Shown piece after piece: positions 50,415 to 60,007 of a stretch of DNA of 64,000 bases. The stretch comes from an uncultured Pseudomonadota bacterium (GTDB lineage Bacteria > Pseudomonadota > Alphaproteobacteria > Rs-D84 > CACZYB01): contig CAUTSC010000003.1 of assembly GCA_963541275.1 (NCBI GenBank), positions 29,972 through 93,971 of the forward strand, in the 5' to 3' direction. Position 1 is the stretch's first letter. Every line of letters starts with the position of its first letter. The notes under the pieces were generated by a model. That model saw only the letters and a list, made by a program, of their open reading frames with translations. It ran no database searches and had not been told where the DNA came from. The position numbers and the translations under genes are program-made.

Positions 50415-51056
50415 TTATACCTTATTGTATTTTTTATAAATTAAATAAGAATAAATCATTGGAACCACAACCATAATCCCAAGCATAATTCCATTAAATA
50501 TATAAAAATTATGCTGTGATAATAAAGTGAACAGCAGCATAATTATTCCACAAACAACCCACAATTTTCCGGTCATTTTATGTGTTTTATTCCAATTTTC
50601 ATCACTTGCCAGATTCCAAGGGGTCCTAAATCCAATAGTATAATTTCTTTTTGTTTTTGGGAAATAATTACCAAGTATGATAAACAATATTGAAATTATA
50701 ACATTAACAATTTTTGTTATATCATATTTAAAACCAAGACTATAACATATAATATAAGTTATAATTCCAGTCATGAAAAGTGGCATAAAAATCAATATAA
50801 CATTCATAATTTTATTTCCTTGATATTTTTGTCTTGGATCTTTTTTTGAAATAAAATAGGCAAAAATTTCTATCAATAAAACAAAACTTGGTATCAAAAA
50901 CAAAGCAACGTTTTTATTTTGAAACCTGTTTGGATTGCCATTTATATCAAAATGCACTGGCAAAATATCAGGTAATTTATTATAAAAAAATGCACCCAGC
51001 AAAAATGGAATAACATACATAATAATACTGATTTTAAATAAATTTATTTTTTTCAT
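50415..51056 (-). CDS. SdpI-family membrane protein (immunity/signal-transduction protein-like)
   Basis: Polytopic membrane protein downstream of an ArsR/SdpR-like gene. It has an N-terminal DUF1648-like segment (LPDILPVHFDINGNPNRF) and an SdpI-like core (NYTIGFRTPWNLASDENWNKTH). Confidence 0.65.
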   Translation of the reverse strand: MKKINLFKISIIMYVIPFLLGAFFYNKLPDILPVHFDINGNPNRFQNKNVALFLIPSFVLLIEIFAYFISKKDPRQKYQGNKIMNVILIFMPLFMTGIITYIICYSLGFKYDITKIVNVIISILFIILGNYFPKTKRNYTIGFRTPWNLASDENWNKTHKMTGKLWVVCGIIMLLFTLLSQHNFYIFNGIMLGIMVVVPMIYSYLIYKKYNKV

Positions 51057-51065
51057 AATATCCTC

Positions 51066-51329
51066 CTATGATTGTTTAATGTTTAAAATAAAGTTCAACA
51101 CATCTTCAAACACAGATGTGTTTAGGCTGTAATAACGATAATTTTTTTCTTTTTCCAAAAAAATTAACTCTGCCTTTAAAAGTATTGATAAATGGTGAGA
51201 AATTGTCGCATCACAGATATTAAAATGTCTTGCAATTTCATTTGCATTCATACGTCCTTTTTTAAGCAATTTTAAAATATCTCGCCTTGTCTTGTCATTA
51301 AGCGCCTTTAAAGTCCTATCTATACTCAT
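51066..51329 (-). CDS. ArsR-family (SdpR-like) transcriptional repressor
   Basis: An 87-aa wHTH protein: ALNDKTRRDILKLLKKGRMNANEIARHFNICDATISHHLSILLKAELI. Confidence 0.8.
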   Translation of the reverse strand: MSIDRTLKALNDKTRRDILKLLKKGRMNANEIARHFNICDATISHHLSILLKAELIFLEKEKNYRYYSLNTSVFEDVLNFILNIKQS

Positions 51330-51494
51330 ATTTTCACCACGATTCTATTTTGATATAATTCTAAATAGTTTTCATGTAAAAATCAATAACTATTTAGATA
51401 AAAATTAAAATAGTTTTATTTTACAAAACAAAGTATAAAAATTTTTGTATTTATAATTTGCAATTATAAAACGCAATTATTTAAAAACGCATAA

Positions 51495-51530
51495 TAAAAA
51501 AAGGATCTTGTTAAAAAGATCCTTTTTATA
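51495..51530. terminator. bidirectional terminator downstream of dnaK
   Basis: aaaaaAAGGATCTTgttaaaAAGATCCTTttt. Confidence 0.75.
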
Positions 51531-51551
51531 ATAAGCAAAAGAGAGAGATTG

Positions 51552-53480
51552 CTATTTTTTATCGGTAAATTCTGCATCAACAACTTTTTCATCTTTTCCA
51601 TTGTCAGCCCCAGAATTTCCTGCGTTTGTACCTGTACCAGCATTTGCACCTGTTGCATTTGCAGCTTCTGCTTGTGCCTTATACATTGCTTCACCAAGTT
51701 TCATTGCACTTTGAGTAAGTGCTTCTGTTTTGGCTTTAATGTCATCAACACTTGCATCTTTGTTTTCAAGAACAGATTTCAATTCTTTAACCTTTTCTTC
51801 TATCTCGGTTTTAATGTTTGCATCAACTTTATCACCATATTCTTTAAGGTTCTTTTCAGTTTGATGAACTAAACTTTCCGCTTGATTAAACACTTCAATC
51901 TTTTCTTTTTTCTTTTTATCTTCTTCGCTGTTTGCTTCTGCCTCTTTTATCATTTTCTCTATATCGGCATCGCTTAAACCACCATCTGATTTTATGCTAA
52001 TTGTTTGCTCTTTACCTGTACCTTTATCTTTTGCGGATACATGAGTAATACCATTGGCATCTATATCAAATGTAACTTCAATCTGTGGCATACCACGTGG
52101 TGCTGGTGGAATTCCAACAAGGTCAAATGCACCAAGAAGCTTGTTATCTTGTGCCATTTCTCTTTCACCTTGGAAAACCCTGATGGATACAGCAGTTTGA
52201 TTATCCTCGGCAGTTGAAAATACCTGCGACTTTTTTGTTGGAATTGTTGTATTCCTGTCAATAAGTCTGGTAAATATACCACCTAATGTTTCAATACCAA
52301 GTGAAAGTGGAGTTACATCCAAAAGCAACACATCTTTCACATCACCCTTTAACACACCACCTTGTATCGCAGCACCCATTGAAACAACTTCATCTGGGTT
52401 CACACCTTTATGTGGTTCTTTACCAAAAAAGTTTTTAACTGTATCTTGAACAAGTGGCATTCTGGTCTGTCCACCAACAAGGACTACTTCACTAATAGAA
52501 TTCTTGTCAAGTCCAGCATCAGCCAAGGCTTTTTTACAAGGCTCCAAAGTCTTTTCAACCAAATCTTGAACAAGAGACTCCAACTTTGAACGAGTAAGCT
52601 TTACATTAAGGTGTTTTGGACCAGTTGCATCTGCTGTGATAAATGGCAAATTAACATCAGCTTGCATAGAAGTTGAAAGTTCAATTTTTGCCTTTTCTGC
52701 AGCTTCCTTTAATCTTTGAAGTGCAAGTTTATCAGCCTTTAAATCTATATTTGGATTATCCTTTTTAAATTCAGCAGCTAAGAAATCAATAACTCTGTTA
52801 TCAAAATCTTCACCACCAAGGAAAGTATCACCATTTGTTGCTTTCACCTCGAAAACGCCATCGCCTATTTCCAAAATAGAAACATCAAATGTTCCACCAC
52901 CAAGGTCATACACTACAATAGTACCAGATTTTTTCTTGTCTAACCCATATGCAAGTGCAGCAGCAGTTGGTTCATTTATGATACGAAGCACATCCAACCC
53001 AGCAATTTTACCAGCATCCTTTGTTGCTTGTCTTTGCGAGTCGTTAAAATATGCAGGAACGGTGATAACAGCTTCTTTAACTTCTTCACCAAGATATGCT
53101 TCTGCATCCTTTTTAATTTTTGAAAGTATGTATGCAGAAACCTGTGATGGAGAATATTTTTTGCCTCTTACTTCAACCCAAGCGTCCCCATTGTCTGCCT
53201 TTACAATTTTAAATGGAGAAAGGTCTATATCTTTTTTCACCATCTTGTCATCAAATCTGCGACCTATCAATCTTTTAACCGCATATATAGTGCTGTCTGG
53301 ATTAACTATTGCCTGATTTCTTGCGGTTGATCCAACAAGAACTTCCGCTTCGTTAATTCCAACAACCGAAGGTGTCGTCCTTTTACCTTCGCTGTTTTCT
53401 ATAACTTTTGCGTCTTTACCATCCATATAGGAAAAACAAGAATTAGTTGTTCCTAAATCAATTCCAATAACTTTAGCCAT
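51552..53480 (-). CDS. dnaK: molecular chaperone DnaK
   Basis: [17 protein letters not shown] and [10 protein letters not shown]; 642 aa. Confidence 0.99.
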   Translation of the reverse strand: MAKVIGIDLGTTNSCFSYMDGKDAKVIENSEGKRTTPSVVGINEAEVLVGSTARNQAIVNPDSTIYAVKRLIGRRFDDKMVKKDIDLSPFKIVKADNGDAWVEVRGKKYSPSQVSAYILSKIKKDAEAYLGEEVKEAVITVPAYFNDSQRQATKDAGKIAGLDVLRIINEPTAAALAYGLDKKKSGTIVVYDLGGGTFDVSILEIGDGVFEVKATNGDTFLGGEDFDNRVIDFLAAEFKKDNPNIDLKADKLALQRLKEAAEKAKIELSTSMQADVNLPFITADATGPKHLNVKLTRSKLESLVQDLVEKTLEPCKKALADAGLDKNSISEVVLVGGQTRMPLVQDTVKNFFGKEPHKGVNPDEVVSMGAAIQGGVLKGDVKDVLLLDVTPLSLGIETLGGIFTRLIDRNTTIPTKKSQVFSTAEDNQTAVSIRVFQGEREMAQDNKLLGAFDLVGIPPAPRGMPQIEVTFDIDANGITHVSAKDKGTGKEQTISIKSDGGLSDADIEKMIKEAEANSEEDKKKKEKIEVFNQAESLVHQTEKNLKEYGDKVDANIKTEIEEKVKELKSVLENKDASVDDIKAKTEALTQSAMKLGEAMYKAQAEAANATGANAGTGTNAGNSGADNGKDEKVVDAEFTDKK

Positions 53481-53522
53481 TTTTTTACTCCTTTATTAGT
53501 TTGTTATTTTTATCACATTCAA

Positions 53523-53556
53523 TATATATGAATGCAATTTTTCTTTTTCAAGAGGG
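53523..53556 (-). promoter_or_regulatory. possible sigma32-type heat-shock promoter for dnaK
   Basis: The minus strand reads ccctCTTGAAA-N15-cATATAta, which resembles the CTTGAAA/CCCCATnT consensus. Confidence 0.35.
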
Positions 53557-53770
53557 TATGCAAATTTTTTTACTTTTTCTTATAAAATATTTATTTTTAT
53601 AAAAAAAACTGCCAGAAATCTATCCGCCGTAAAGACAACAGATTTACAAAAAAGAAAATTTTTTCTTATGTTTTTTTATTATGGCAGAACAAAATTTTTG
53701 CAAACTCCACCCGTTGATAATTTACATATATGTATTACATTTTTAAATTTCAATAGAGTAAATGAAAAAA

Positions 53771-54079
53771 TTATCTTTGTTTTATAAATCTTTGATCGTT
53801 TATTTTCAGTTTACTGATAACTGCTGCTTCCAGATCTATATTAAATTTATTTGCAAGTATGTTAAGAAGTATTACAACATCTGCCATTTCGTGTTTTAAT
53901 GAACTTTTATCATTTTCTGGAATGGGGGGCTTTTTATCTATATATTCTCTTCTTATACAACTGCTTACTTCTCCAAATTCTTCTACTAAATAACAAAGTA
54001 AAGTCAAAACATCCTCGTGATCAAAACCCCACTTAGAATTGTGTTCTTTTATAATAGATTGCAGATTTTTCTTTTCCAT
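53771..54079 (-). CDS. MazG-like nucleotide pyrophosphohydrolase
   Basis: EEFGEV...E..D and EMADVVILLNILANKF (EExxE...ExxD metal motifs); 102 aa. Confidence 0.7.
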   Translation of the reverse strand: MEKKNLQSIIKEHNSKWGFDHEDVLTLLCYLVEEFGEVSSCIRREYIDKKPPIPENDKSSLKHEMADVVILLNILANKFNIDLEAAVISKLKINDQRFIKQR

Positions 54080-54093
54080 ATTACTTCTTTTTG

Positions 54094-55362
54094 TTAATTT
54101 TTTGCTATTATATCCTTTATAACATTTATTATCTCAGAAGTTTTTACAAATTCTGGATAATCGCCTGTGATTTTTGAATATTTAAGTTCATAAACATCCT
54201 TTTCAATATTTTTAGGGCTGTTTATTATCCTTATAGGTGCGCCGAGTAAATCAGCATTTGCAAATTTTGAGCCAGCAGAATCGTTGGTGTTATCAATTAT
54301 TGTTTCTATACCCAAATTCATTAAAGTTTCATAAAGTTTTAAAACTTCATCATTCTTTTTATCGAGGTTTATTATGTGAACTTTGTATGGTGCAACAGAT
54401 AAATTAAATTCAGCAACAGAATCTTTACCACTTGATTGTAATAAGCAACCAAGAACACGGCTTACCCCTATGCCATAACAACCCATAACAACAAAATTAT
54501 TTTTTCCATTTTCATCTGCAAATTTTAAATTCATTGGTGCCGAATATTTTGTGCCTAGCCTGAAAATATTTCCAACTTCTATCCCTCTTTTTACTTTAAA
54601 TTTATTTTGACATTCTGGGCAGATTGGATTTTTTTCGTTTTCATTTAAAATTTCTTTGTTATAGTTATTGCCACATTTTTCACAAAGATAGATATCGTCT
54701 TCACCTGTTGTATCAAGCATTTGAAATTCATGTGAAAATGCACCACCTATATCACCACCAGGAGCTTTTGCAACTACTACATTATCAAGACCCAAATCTT
54801 TATAAATATCAACATACGCATCAAGCATCTTTTGATAAAAAATATTTAAATCTTCTTCTGTTTGGTGGAAAGAATATGCATCTTTCATCATAAATTCACG
54901 ACATCTTAAAAGACCAGCCCTTGCTCTTAATTCATCTCTGTATTTTGTTTGTATTTGATAAAGACATAGGCTATTTTCCTTTGGCAATTGTTTATAACTT
55001 TGTATTGCCTCGCGAACATAATCACATACTATTTCTTCATGTGTTGGATTTAAAACACAATCCATGTTTGCTCTTGTTTTAAATTTTAATAAAACATCTA
55101 TATTTTCTCTTCCTGTTTCACGCCATAATGATAATGGAGAAACAACAGGCATATTTATTTCAAGACAACCAATTTTGCTTAAATGTTTTCTTATAATTTT
55201 GTTAATATTTTCCAGTAATTTTACTGATATATGTGAATAAGTATAAAATCCAGCACCAGTTTGATGTATATAACCACCCTTTAATGCAAGTTTATGTCCT
55301 GATGTTGTTGCCTCAGCTGGCAGTTCCTTTATTCTTTTTAAAAATAAGTTTTCTATTTTCAT
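54094..55362 (-). CDS. proS: proline--tRNA ligase (short form without an editing insertion)
   Basis: Class II motifs (FRDELRARAGLLRCREFMMKDAYSF, GCYGIGVSR). The 422-aa length is typical of the alphaproteobacterial type. Confidence 0.9.
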   Translation of the reverse strand: MKIENLFLKRIKELPAEATTSGHKLALKGGYIHQTGAGFYTYSHISVKLLENINKIIRKHLSKIGCLEINMPVVSPLSLWRETGRENIDVLLKFKTRANMDCVLNPTHEEIVCDYVREAIQSYKQLPKENSLCLYQIQTKYRDELRARAGLLRCREFMMKDAYSFHQTEEDLNIFYQKMLDAYVDIYKDLGLDNVVVAKAPGGDIGGAFSHEFQMLDTTGEDDIYLCEKCGNNYNKEILNENEKNPICPECQNKFKVKRGIEVGNIFRLGTKYSAPMNLKFADENGKNNFVVMGCYGIGVSRVLGCLLQSSGKDSVAEFNLSVAPYKVHIINLDKKNDEVLKLYETLMNLGIETIIDNTNDSAGSKFANADLLGAPIRIINSPKNIEKDVYELKYSKITGDYPEFVKTSEIINVIKDIIAKN

Positions 55363-55385
55363 TTATGACTCCTTTTATTTTAATA

Positions 55386-55634
55386 TTAAATTTCTTCTTT
55401 TATTGTACCTTGTTTATCCTTGTAGCGGAAAGTGATTCGTCCCTTGGTTAAATCGTATGGGGTCATTTCGACATTCACAACATCACCAACCATAACCCAA
55501 ATTCTAAATTTTCTCATCTTACCAGATGTGTGGGCAATTATTGTGTGTCCGTTTTCAAGTAATACTTTGAACATAGCATTGGGGAGCTTATCTGAAACTG
55601 TACCTTTAAATTCCAATAATTCTTCTTTTTCCAT
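55386..55634 (-). CDS. infA: translation initiation factor IF-1
   Basis: [32 protein letters not shown]...[13 protein letters not shown]. Confidence 0.95.
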   Translation of the reverse strand: MEKEELLEFKGTVSDKLPNAMFKVLLENGHTIIAHTSGKMRKFRIWVMVGDVVNVEMTPYDLTKGRITFRYKDKQGTIKEEI

Positions 55635-55710
55635 AAAAAACCTTTTTTATTGTTTTTGAACCCTTATCTTTATATAATATATAACTATATTTTTCAAGAA
55701 GGATTTAAAG

Positions 55711-56694
55711 ATGAACTATCTGGATTTTTATCATTTTGACAATCACCCTTTTATAACAAATGAATCGCCTGCATATTTTTTTAAAAGAAAATCTGTTGTT
55801 AATATTTTGGAGCAAATGCAAAAATTTTGTCGTATTTATAGCGGAGCTTATATTATAGAGGGTAGTACGGGAATTGGAAAATCTTTACTTATACAAAAAT
55901 TGTATAACAGCTTTGTTAATAATGATATTGCGTTTATTATAAATATAACTGAAAAAACAGATATTTTACAGGTTATTGCAAGCAAGTTAAAATTGCATTC
56001 TAAAAATATTGATAGTGTAGTTGAAGATTTAACAAATTTTTATGAAAAAGGTCAAAATGTAATTTTATTTTTTGATGATATTCATAATTGTAATTTATCT
56101 CAATTTAATATTATTGGCACTTTAATAGAAAAAATGTCATTTTTAAAAATAGTCTTATGTGGTGAAAATGTTTATCCTATTATCAAAACTTTTAAACTTA
56201 AAAATATTAAAAATAATATAGTTAAAAAGTATATTTTAAAAAAATTGTCTTTTGTTGAAAGTATAAAATATTTATATTTTATGATTCAAAGTGCAATGGC
56301 AGTAAAGCAATATAAAAAAATATTATCTTTTAAAATTGCTGTTTTAATTTCTTTTTTATGTAATGGAAATATAAATGTTATAAATATTCTTAGCAATGAA
56401 ACTCTTGTAAGTGGTTGCAATAATTCCAATCATAAATTTAAATTAAAAGATTTGTTTATGGCAATTTCAATAAATAAAAAACAAGTTAAAAGACAAATTT
56501 TTTATAAAGCAAAAAAAATTATATCTGTGTTTGTTATATTTTTGTCGCTTTATTTTAGTATAAAAATTGTAGCAGACAGATATAATTTAATTGAAAAAAT
56601 AAAAATAAAAAAAGAAATATTAAAGCAAGAATGGTTTTTACAAAAACAACAAAATTTTGAGAAAGAAGAAAATGGGGCGAATGACCGGGTTTGA
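55711..56694 (+). CDS. ExeA/MshM-like AAA ATPase with a C-terminal TM segment
   Basis: The N-terminus YLDFYHFDNHPF resembles the ExeA/GspA start (Y..fFGL...PF). It has a Walker A EGSTGIGKS, a Walker B-like ILFFDDIHN, and a TM helix near residue 270. The last 22 nt overlap tRNA-His in antisense. Confidence 0.55.
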   Translation: MNYLDFYHFDNHPFITNESPAYFFKRKSVVNILEQMQKFCRIYSGAYIIEGSTGIGKSLLIQKLYNSFVNNDIAFIINITEKTDILQVIASKLKLHSKNIDSVVEDLTNFYEKGQNVILFFDDIHNCNLSQFNIIGTLIEKMSFLKIVLCGENVYPIIKTFKLKNIKNNIVKKYILKKLSFVESIKYLYFMIQSAMAVKQYKKILSFKIAVLISFLCNGNINVINILSNETLVSGCNNSNHKFKLKDLFMAISINKKQVKRQIFYKAKKIISVFVIFLSLYFSIKIVADRYNLIEKIKIKKEILKQEWFLQKQQNFEKEENGANDRV

Positions 56695-56749
56695 ACCGAC
56701 GACATCCAGTACCACAAACTGGCGCTCTGCCAACTGAGCTACATTCGCC
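56673..56749 (-). tRNA. tRNA-His (anticodon GUG) with encoded G-1 and CCA
   Basis: The reverse complement folds as G(-1)-GCGAATG...CATTCGC-C73-CCA, with anticodon arm CCAGT-TTGTGGT-ACTGG and T arm GTCGG-TTCAAAC-CCGGT. Confidence 0.9.
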
Positions 56750-56805
56750 ATAAAAAAGATTTTTTGATTATAAACTATTTATCTTATAAATCAAGAAAAC
56801 TTTAG

Positions 56806-58065
56806 CTAGTTATTCATACTTGCAAAAAAATCGGCATTATCTTTTGTAAGTTTTATTTTATCCATCAAAAATTCAACTGCCTCTGATACACCCATAGTAC
56901 TTACAATTCTTCTTAATACCCACATCTTTTGAAGTGTATCAGCATTAACAAGCAATTCTTCCTTTCTTGTTCCTGATTTTTGAACATCTATTGCTGGGAA
57001 TACTCTTTTATCTGAAATCTTTCTATCAAGAACTATTTCTGAATTACCTGTTCCTTTAAATTCTTCAAATATAACTTCGTCCATTCTTGAACCGGTATCT
57101 ATAAGTGCAGTTGCCATAATAGTTAAGCTTCCGCCACCTTCTATATTTCTGGCAGCACCAAGAACCCTTTTTGGTCTTTGAAGAGCATTTGCATCAACAC
57201 CACCTGTTAAAACTTTACCACTGCTTGGAATCACCGCATTATATGCACGACCAAGCCTTGTGATAGAATCAAGTAAGATGACAACATTGTATTTATACTC
57301 AACAAGTCGTTTTGCCTTTTCAATTACCATTTCTGTTACTTGTACATGACGAGCGGCAGGTTCATCAAATGTAGAACTTATCACTTCACCTTTGATTGAC
57401 CTTCTCATATCTGTTACTTCTTCTGGTCTTTCATCTATCAACAACACAATTAAATAAACTTCTGGATGATTAGTTGTAATTGCAGCAGCAATATTTTGCA
57501 ACATAACGGTTTTACCAGTTTTTGGTGGAGCAACAATAAGGCTTCGTTGACCTTTACCTTGTGGCGCAACAAGATCAATAATCCTTGTTGTGAAATCTGG
57601 TTTTTTCTTGTCCCCTGGTCCCATATCAAGTTTAAATTTATCTTGTGGATAAAGTGGGGTTAAATCGTCAAAGTGAACTCTGTGTTTTGCCTTTACTGGA
57701 TCTTCAAAATTTACTTTATCAACTGTTTCAAGTGCAAAATATTTTTCATTGTTTTTTGGAGCTCTTAATACCCCCTCTATAGTATCTCCTATTTTAAGGC
57801 TATTTTTTTTCACTATATTTGGAGCAACATAAATGTCATCAGAACCAGATAAATAATTGGCATCTTTTGATCTTAAAAAACCATAACCATCTGGCATAAC
57901 TTCAAGAACACCCTCACCTATCAAGGTATCTTTTGATGCAATCTTTTTTAAAATATTGAACCTTAAATTTTGTATATCATAACTTGATGGGTTATCAACT
58001 CCCTCTTGTTCAGCAAGTTTTAATAAATCTTCTGGTGATTTTTCACGTAGCTCTTTTATATACAT
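56806..58065 (-). CDS. rho: transcription termination factor Rho
   Basis: The N-terminal RNA-binding domain ([14 protein letters not shown]), Walker A APPKTGKT and LIDERPEEV. Confidence 0.98.
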   Translation of the reverse strand: MYIKELREKSPEDLLKLAEQEGVDNPSSYDIQNLRFNILKKIASKDTLIGEGVLEVMPDGYGFLRSKDANYLSGSDDIYVAPNIVKKNSLKIGDTIEGVLRAPKNNEKYFALETVDKVNFEDPVKAKHRVHFDDLTPLYPQDKFKLDMGPGDKKKPDFTTRIIDLVAPQGKGQRSLIVAPPKTGKTVMLQNIAAAITTNHPEVYLIVLLIDERPEEVTDMRRSIKGEVISSTFDEPAARHVQVTEMVIEKAKRLVEYKYNVVILLDSITRLGRAYNAVIPSSGKVLTGGVDANALQRPKRVLGAARNIEGGGSLTIMATALIDTGSRMDEVIFEEFKGTGNSEIVLDRKISDKRVFPAIDVQKSGTRKEELLVNADTLQKMWVLRRIVSTMGVSEAVEFLMDKIKLTKDNADFFASMNN

Positions 58066-58319
58066 ATTTTTCCTTTTGTTTTAGTTAATTAAAATAAGAT
58101 TCTTTCATAAAAATTTTGTTATTGTATGATTTTATTAAAGAAATTTTCTTTCCAAGAATGACTTTATTTTACAATAAAAATTTTCTATGTCAAATAAAAA
58201 ATGTCATTGACAAACAGGCAAAAAATTATAAAAAGTATATTGAATTTTGAAATATATTAAAGTAGCATAGTGTGATATTTACGAATCATACATGTTTTTA
58301 TATGATGAAAGGTTTTAAA

Positions 58320-58748
58320 ATGAATTTATTAAATTTAATAGAAAAAAGAAATATTGAAAAATTATCAACTCATGATATTCCAAAGTTTTCTTCTGGTGAT
58401 ACTCTTAAAGTTCATACAAAGGTTAAAGAGGGTGAAAACGAAAGAATCCAGATTTTTGAGGGTGTTTGTATCGCAAAAAAGAATCGTGGAATAAACAGCG
58501 CATTTACGGTTAGAAAGATTTCTTATAACGAGGGTGTTGAAAAGGTGTTTCCTTTGTACTCACCAAATATTTCAAAAATTGAAGTTGTTAAATATGGTAA
58601 GGTAAGACGTGCGAAACTTTATTATTTAAGATCTTTATTTGGTAAAAAGGCAAGAATTGCAGAAGATTTGGCTTTGGCAAAAAAGATGAGAGATGAAAAT
58701 TCATCAGTTGAAATGGAAGAAACAACTGCTGAAAAAACAGAATCATAA
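58320..58748 (+). CDS. rplS: 50S ribosomal protein L19
   Basis: The start MNLLNLIEK... at ATG 58320 is canonical for L19, with [27 protein letters not shown]. The ORF-track start at 58272 adds non-homologous residues. Confidence 0.93.
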   Translation: MNLLNLIEKRNIEKLSTHDIPKFSSGDTLKVHTKVKEGENERIQIFEGVCIAKKNRGINSAFTVRKISYNEGVEKVFPLYSPNISKIEVVKYGKVRRAKLYYLRSLFGKKARIAEDLALAKKMRDENSSVEMEETTAEKTES

Positions 58749-58776
58749 AACAACCTTTCTTTTAGGAATTATAGTT

Positions 58777-59199
58777 GTGAATATTTTAAAGAATTTTATA
58801 AAAAATAGTTTTAAGATATTTGCAACTTTTTTTATTTCTGTTCCTGTGTTTTCATATACCAATGTTGCAAGAAATATTGCAGTGGTTAGGGTAGTTAATA
58901 AAATATCAAGCAAGGTTGAAACAATGGAAATTCCAGTTGGCAGCAGCAAAGTTATGGATAATTTAATTTTTACAATTAAGGCATGTTATGGAAGACCAGA
59001 AAATGAATTGCAAGAAAACAGCATGTTTATAGAAGTTAATGAAAAATCAAATTCTTATATAAAAAAAGCTGGTAGCCTTAAAAAAGGTAAAAAAATTTTT
59101 TCTGGTTGGATGTTTTCTTCCAGTACCAGTTTAAATCCTTTACAACATCCAAATTATGACCTTTGGGTTTTAGAGTGTAAAGATAACAAAGATAATTAA
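58777..59199 (+). CDS. DUF2155-domain periplasmic protein
   Basis: VVRVVNKISSKVETMEIPVG...FTIKACYGRPENELQENSMFIEV...FSGWMFSSSTSLNPLQHPNYDLWVLEC fits the DUF2155 pattern. The GTG at 58777 begins a signal peptide. The ORF is open from 58693. Confidence 0.6.
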   Translation: MNILKNFIKNSFKIFATFFISVPVFSYTNVARNIAVVRVVNKISSKVETMEIPVGSSKVMDNLIFTIKACYGRPENELQENSMFIEVNEKSNSYIKKAGSLKKGKKIFSGWMFSSSTSLNPLQHPNYDLWVLECKDNKDN

Positions 59200-59268
59200 A
59201 AATTTTTTGTATTTTTCTTTTCTTTATTAAATTTTGAAAATTGATTTCACATACATGGATATTTTTCC

Positions 59269-59297
59269 TTGTATAAAAATCTATTTAGTATTATCAT
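59269..59297 (+). promoter_or_regulatory. family promoter, locus D (TTGTAT-N17-TATCAT)
   Basis: Same hexamers and spacing as the promoters at loci B and C. Confidence 0.55.
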
Positions 59298-59303
59298 GAA
59301 AGT

Positions 59304-59469
59304 AAATGAAAGGGTGTAGCAACCCTATTGTGTATTGATGTTAAAATGACCTAGTAAGGGTTAGGGATTCCTACTGTAATGGTAGGAAGGTGTAGGAATA
59401 TAGAAGAATACTATACACTATTTTACACAATATAGTTGCTAACTTCCTATCGTAACAGGGAGAGATGAG
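59304..59469 (+). promoter_or_regulatory. conserved structured 5' leader, copy 3
   Basis: Helix halves TAGCAAC (59317-59323)/GTTGCTA (59435-59441) and TATTGTGTA (59326-59334)/TACACAATA (59424-59432). The hairpin is at 59368-59388. CTTCC (59443-59447) can pair with the SD GGGAG (59458-59462). Confidence 0.6.
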
Positions 59470-59988
59470 ATGAAAAACTATATAAAAAATCATGGCAAAA
59501 TTTTGCTGTTTGCTAGTGTTTGTTTATTTTCGCACAAAGCATTTTCTGCATCGCCAGAAACTTTAGAGTTAATTCACAAAACTCTTGCAAAATATGGAAT
59601 AAGTGCTGGAGGTAAGGAAGTTTGCGGAAAAGATACTGAACCAATTTGTAATGAACCAGGATGTAAAGTGAAATGCAACAGGTATGGTGCAAACAACTAT
59701 TGGTCGCCAAGTGATAGGTTATGTAAAAGCTGTCCAGTTGGAACAATACTCAACAAAACAACATTTCAAAGTTGCAATCAAGTTGTGTGTCCGGATGGTA
59801 CAACTGGGATAAAAGTAAGTGGTGGAAATTGTCCCGCAGGAATGGATTTATTCGCCCCAAGTAAAGGAATCTGCCCAGAGGGATACGAGTTAAAGAAAAT
59901 CACAAATGGAAAATGCCCGGATGGAATGGAGTTGATAGATTTAAGAAATAGCTGTCCAGCTGGATACGAAATGTTTAAACAATCATAA
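59470..59988 (+). CDS. secreted Cys-rich protein, type 2 paralog
   Basis: Signal peptide and the motif ETLELIHKTLAKYGISAGGKEVCG, then the repeats CPVGT, VCPDGTTG, NCPAGMDL, ICPEGYELK, KCPDGMELI and SCPAGYEMF. Confidence 0.75.
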   Translation: MKNYIKNHGKILLFASVCLFSHKAFSASPETLELIHKTLAKYGISAGGKEVCGKDTEPICNEPGCKVKCNRYGANNYWSPSDRLCKSCPVGTILNKTTFQSCNQVVCPDGTTGIKVSGGNCPAGMDLFAPSKGICPEGYELKKITNGKCPDGMELIDLRNSCPAGYEMFKQS

Positions 59989-60007
59989 AAAAGGAAAGGA
60001 GAAAATT

